Shown in pieces: positions 15,708 to 18,667 of a stretch of 18,667 nt of DNA. Source of the stretch: a virus (lineage: Duplodnaviria; Heunggongvirae; Uroviricota; Caudoviricetes); the IMG/VR virus record IMGVR_UViG_2563366869_000001. One strand, written 5' to 3'. The translations under genes were made by a program, and so were the position numbers. How positions within the stretch are numbered: position 1 is the first letter of the stretch; every line of letters begins with the position of its first letter. The notes under the pieces are model-generated. The model ran no database searches. It saw only the letters and a list, made by a program, of their open reading frames with translations, and was not told the DNA's origin.

Positions 15708-16253
15708 ATGGAAGTCAACAAAAAGCAGCTGGCTGATATTTTCGGTGCGAGTATCCGTACCATTCAGAACTGGCAGGAGCAGGGAATGCCCGTTCTGCGA
15801 GGCGGTGGCAAGGGTAATGAGGTGCTTTATGATTCTGCCGCCGTCATAAAATGGTATGCCGAAAGGGATGCTGAAATTGAGAACGAAAAGCTGCGCCGGG
15901 AAGTTGAAGAACTGCGGCAGGCCAGCGAGACAGATCTCCAGCCAGGGACTATTGAGTACGAACGCCATCGACTTACGCGTGCGCAGGCCGACGCACAGGA
16001 GCTGAAAAATGCCAGAGACTCCGCTGAAGTGGTGGAAACCGCATTCTGTACTTTCGTGCTGTCGCGGATCGCAGGTGAAATTGCCAGTATTCTCGACGGG
16101 ATCCCCCTGTCGGTGCAGCGGCGTTTTCCGGAACTGGAAAACCGACATGTTGATTTCCTGAAACGGGATATCATCAAAGCCATGAACAAAGCAGCCGCGC
16201 TGGATGAACTGATACCGGGGTTGCTGAGTGAATATATCGAACAGTCAGGTTAA
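15708..16253 (+). CDS. nu1: Terminase small subunit Nu1 (near-identical to lambda Nu1; NohA-type)
   Basis: 181-aa ORF MEVNKKQLADIFGASIRTIQNWQEQGMPVLRGGGKGNEVLYDSAAVIKWYAER... matches lambda Nu1 from memory with a few substitutions. Confidence 0.93.
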   Translation: MEVNKKQLADIFGASIRTIQNWQEQGMPVLRGGGKGNEVLYDSAAVIKWYAERDAEIENEKLRREVEELRQASETDLQPGTIEYERHRLTRAQADAQELKNARDSAEVVETAFCTFVLSRIAGEIASILDGIPLSVQRRFPELENRHVDFLKRDIIKAMNKAAALDELIPGLLSEYIEQSG

Positions 16254-16539
16254 CAGGCTACGGCATTTTGTCCGCGCCGGGCTTCGCTCACTGTTCAGGC
16301 CGGAGCCACAGACCGCCGTTGAATGGGCGGATGCTAATTACTATCTCCCGAAAGAATCCGCATACCAGGAAGGGCGCTGGGAAACACTGCCCTTTCAGCG
16401 GGCCATCATGAATGCGATGGGCAGCGACTACATCCGCGAGGTGAATGTGGTGAAGTCTGCCCGTGTCGGTTACTGGTGCTTTATGGCAGCGCACATCGAC
16501 AGGGTTTACAAATTTTGCCTGGGTCAATACATCTGGTGA
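16228..16539 (+). pseudogene. Terminase large subunit A, N-terminal fragment only (about 82 lambda-like codons, then unrelated read-through to a stop)
   Basis: [82 protein letters not shown] matches lambda gpA; homology ends at about 16472, after which the frame runs into tail-fibre sequence. Confidence 0.85.
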
Positions 16540-17404
16540 TACTTACGATATTTACGTTGCAATCGGAAATTATGCGACTGGTGTAAATATTCAATGGGAT
16601 TATACCAGTAATGCCAGCGTGACGATTCATACGTCACCAGCATATTCTGCTAATAAGCCGGAAGGGTTAACGGACGGTACAGTTTATTCACTCTATACGC
16701 CATCAGAGCAGTTTTATCCGCCTGGCGCACCAATCCCGTGGCCATCAGATACCGTTCCGTCTGGCTATGCCCTGATGCAGGGGCAGACTTTTGACAAATC
16801 TGCATACCCGAAACTTGCAGCCGCTTATCCGTCAGGCGTGATCCCTGATATGCGTGGCTGGACGATTAAGGGCAAACCTGCCAGTGGTCGGGCCGTATTG
16901 TCTCAGGAACAGGACGGCATTAAATCGCATACCCACAGCGCCAGCGCATCCAGTACGGATTTGGGGACGAAAACCACATCGTCGTTTGATTACGGCACTA
17001 AATCCACGAATAACACTGGTGCGCATACCCATAGTTTAAGTGGCAGCACGAATGCAGCTGGTAATCACAGCCATAGAGATGGCCGTCGATTTAACCCCAG
17101 TGTTTTTAAAGATACTTATCAATATGGTTATACAAGCTCAGGTCAAAATACCTGGGGTGTACAAGGCTCAGTAGGTATGTCTACGGGGTGGTTAGCGAAT
17201 ACCAGTACAGATGGTAATCATAGCCATTCACTGTCCGGCACAGCAGCATCTGCAGGTGCACACGCGCATACTGTCGGTATTGGTGCTCATACGCACTCCG
17301 TTGCGATTGGTTCACATGGACACACCATCACCGTTAACGCTGCTGGTAACGCGGAAAACACCGTCAAAAACATCGCATTTAACTATATTGTGAGGCTTGC
17401 ATAA
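16473..17404 (+). pseudogene. Side tail fibre (Stf) C-terminal fragment, about 310 codons, with no native start
   Basis: Ends ...[19 protein letters not shown] as lambda Stf does; His-rich HxH repeats typical of the Stf C-terminus; begins abruptly at the junction with the terminase fragment, in a different frame. Confidence 0.8.
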
Positions 17405-17979
17405 TGGCATTCAGAATGAGTGAACAACCACGGACCATAAAAATTTATAATCTGCTGGCCGGAACTAATGAATTTATTGGTGAAGGTGACGCATATATTC
17501 CGCCTCATACAGGTCTGCCAGCAAACAGTACCGATATTGCACCACCAGATATTCCTGCTGGCTTTGTGGCTGTTTTCAACAGTGATAAGGCATCGTGGCA
17601 TCTCGTTGAAGACCATCGGGGTAAAACGGTTTATGACGTAGCGTCAGGGGACGCGTTATTTATTTCTGAACTCGGTCCGTTACCGGAAAATGTTACCTGG
17701 TTATCGCCGGAAGGGGAGTTTCAGAAGTGGAACGGCACAGCCTGGGTGAAAGATGCAGAAGCAGAAAAACTGTTCCGGATCCGAGAGGCGGAAGAAACAA
17801 AAAACAGCCTGATGCAGGTAGCCAGTGAGCATATTGCGCCACTTCAGGATGCTGTAGATCTGGAAATCGCAACGGAGGAAGAAACCTCATTGCTGGAAGC
17901 CTGGAAAAAGTATCGGGTGTTGCTGAACCGTGTTGATACGTCAACTGCACAGGATATTGAATGGCCAGCACTGCCGTAG
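17404..17979 (+). CDS. tfa: Tail fibre assembly protein Tfa
   Basis: 191-aa [57 protein letters not shown]... matches lambda/Rac Tfa from memory; ATG overlaps the stf stop. Confidence 0.88.
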   Translation: MAFRMSEQPRTIKIYNLLAGTNEFIGEGDAYIPPHTGLPANSTDIAPPDIPAGFVAVFNSDKASWHLVEDHRGKTVYDVASGDALFISELGPLPENVTWLSPEGEFQKWNGTAWVKDAEAEKLFRIREAEETKNSLMQVASEHIAPLQDAVDLEIATEEETSLLEAWKKYRVLLNRVDTSTAQDIEWPALP

Positions 17980-18076
17980 GGTAAAACATATAAATTCTAT
18001 AATTAGATGTATCTTTCCATTTACGGCAAGGAAGGGGGCTTGGAAGACGTAAAGCATCTCACACCGAGATTATTTT

Positions 18077-18667
18077 TTATATGTCAGGTGTCTGAAGTTT
18101 TGCTTTGGCTCTTAAAATGGTTTGCCGCGAGGTTTTGAATTCCCGGGCAATGGCACTTATACTTACACCTGACTTAATTCGTTCGAATACCACCTGTTTC
18201 TGTTCTTCATTTAACACAGGTGGTCGACCAAAACGTTTCCCTGCGCCGCGGGCTCTTACTATCCCGGAATGAGTGCGTTCAAGTAAAAGGTCTCGTTCAA
18301 ATTCAGCGACTGCTGAAATTACGTGCATCATCATTTTTCCTGTTGGACTGGTCAGGTCAATGCCCCCCAATGCTAAGCAATGCACTCTGATACCTGTTTC
18401 GGTCAGTTGTTCCACTGTTTTCCTGATATCCATTGCATTACAACCAAGGCGATCCAGTTTTGTCACAATCAATTGATCACCACATTTCAGGCGAGCAAGC
18501 AACCGGTTAAAACCAGGACGCTCACTGGTTGCTGCTGAGCCGCTAATGTGTTCTTCGATTATTTGCTGAGGTTTGATTTTAAAACCTGCACTTTCGATTT
18601 CCCGGCGTTGATTTTCGATGGTCTGATCCAGCGTTGATATCCGACAGTAAGCAAAAATTCGAGACAT
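18077..18667 (-). CDS. pin: Pin-family serine DNA invertase (PinR/PinQ-like)
   Basis: 196-aa ORF with resolvase/invertase N-terminal catalytic motif (YCRISTLDQ, Ser10) and C-terminal HTH; start codon is the last three bases of the window. Confidence 0.9.
   Translation of the reverse strand: MSRIFAYCRISTLDQTIENQRREIESAGFKIKPQQIIEEHISGSAATSERPGFNRLLARLKCGDQLIVTKLDRLGCNAMDIRKTVEQLTETGIRVHCLALGGIDLTSPTGKMMMHVISAVAEFERDLLLERTHSGIVRARGAGKRFGRPPVLNEEQKQVVFERIKSGVSISAIAREFKTSRQTILRAKAKLQTPDI

Larger units (their letters stand above)
1..18667. mobile_element. Defective mosaic lambdoid prophage (integration, early-left, immunity, replication, nin-like, Q, lysis, cos-Nu1, terminase/tail-fibre remnants, Pin invertase); morphogenesis genes absent; left boundary lies outside the window
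   Basis: Gene order and orientation follow the lambdoid map; every module is recognisable from the translations; no head or tail genes between the terminase fragment and the tail-fibre remnant. Confidence 0.9.

Noticed and set aside
15335-16148. Minus-strand ORFs of 85 and 179 aa spanning the cos region and Nu1
   Set aside because: The region matches the non-coding lambda cos site and the Nu1 gene on the opposite strand; these are spurious open frames.
17980-18076. Pin crossover site (gix/hix-like) in the tfa-pin gap
   Set aside because: Looked for the conserved AAACC-NN-GGTTT core and found none.

Overview
The window is a defective, mosaic lambdoid prophage of the Enterobacteriaceae (E. 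coli-like), read left to right as: integrase and excisionase (minus strand), a tightly coupled leftward early operon of unknown-function genes, a CI/Cro immunity switch, a replication module with origin iterons inside the O-like gene, a nin-like region (LexA-DBD-only protein, RusA, KilA-N, DUF968), Q antiterminator, a porin moron, a pinholin/SAR-endolysin/Rz/Rz1 lysis cassette, bor, a cos site and Nu1 matching phage lambda, a terminase large-subunit gene truncated at about codon 82 and joined to the 3' end of a side-tail-fibre gene, tfa, and a Pin-family invertase. All head and tail genes are missing. Family assignments come from reading the translations and from memory of lambda, DLP12, Rac, Qin and CPS-53 proteins; no database search was possible, and promoter, operator and ncRNA calls are by eye and low-confidence. 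The most interesting unexplained content is (i) a convergently oriented, self-terminated small gene (coiled-coil plus C4 zinc ribbon) sitting in what should be the pL leader, (ii) a GC-rich, heavily structured non-coding island upstream of the N-less leftward operon, (iii) a LexA DNA-binding-domain-only paralog, and (iv) an intact cos-Nu1 packaging module in an element with no structural genes.
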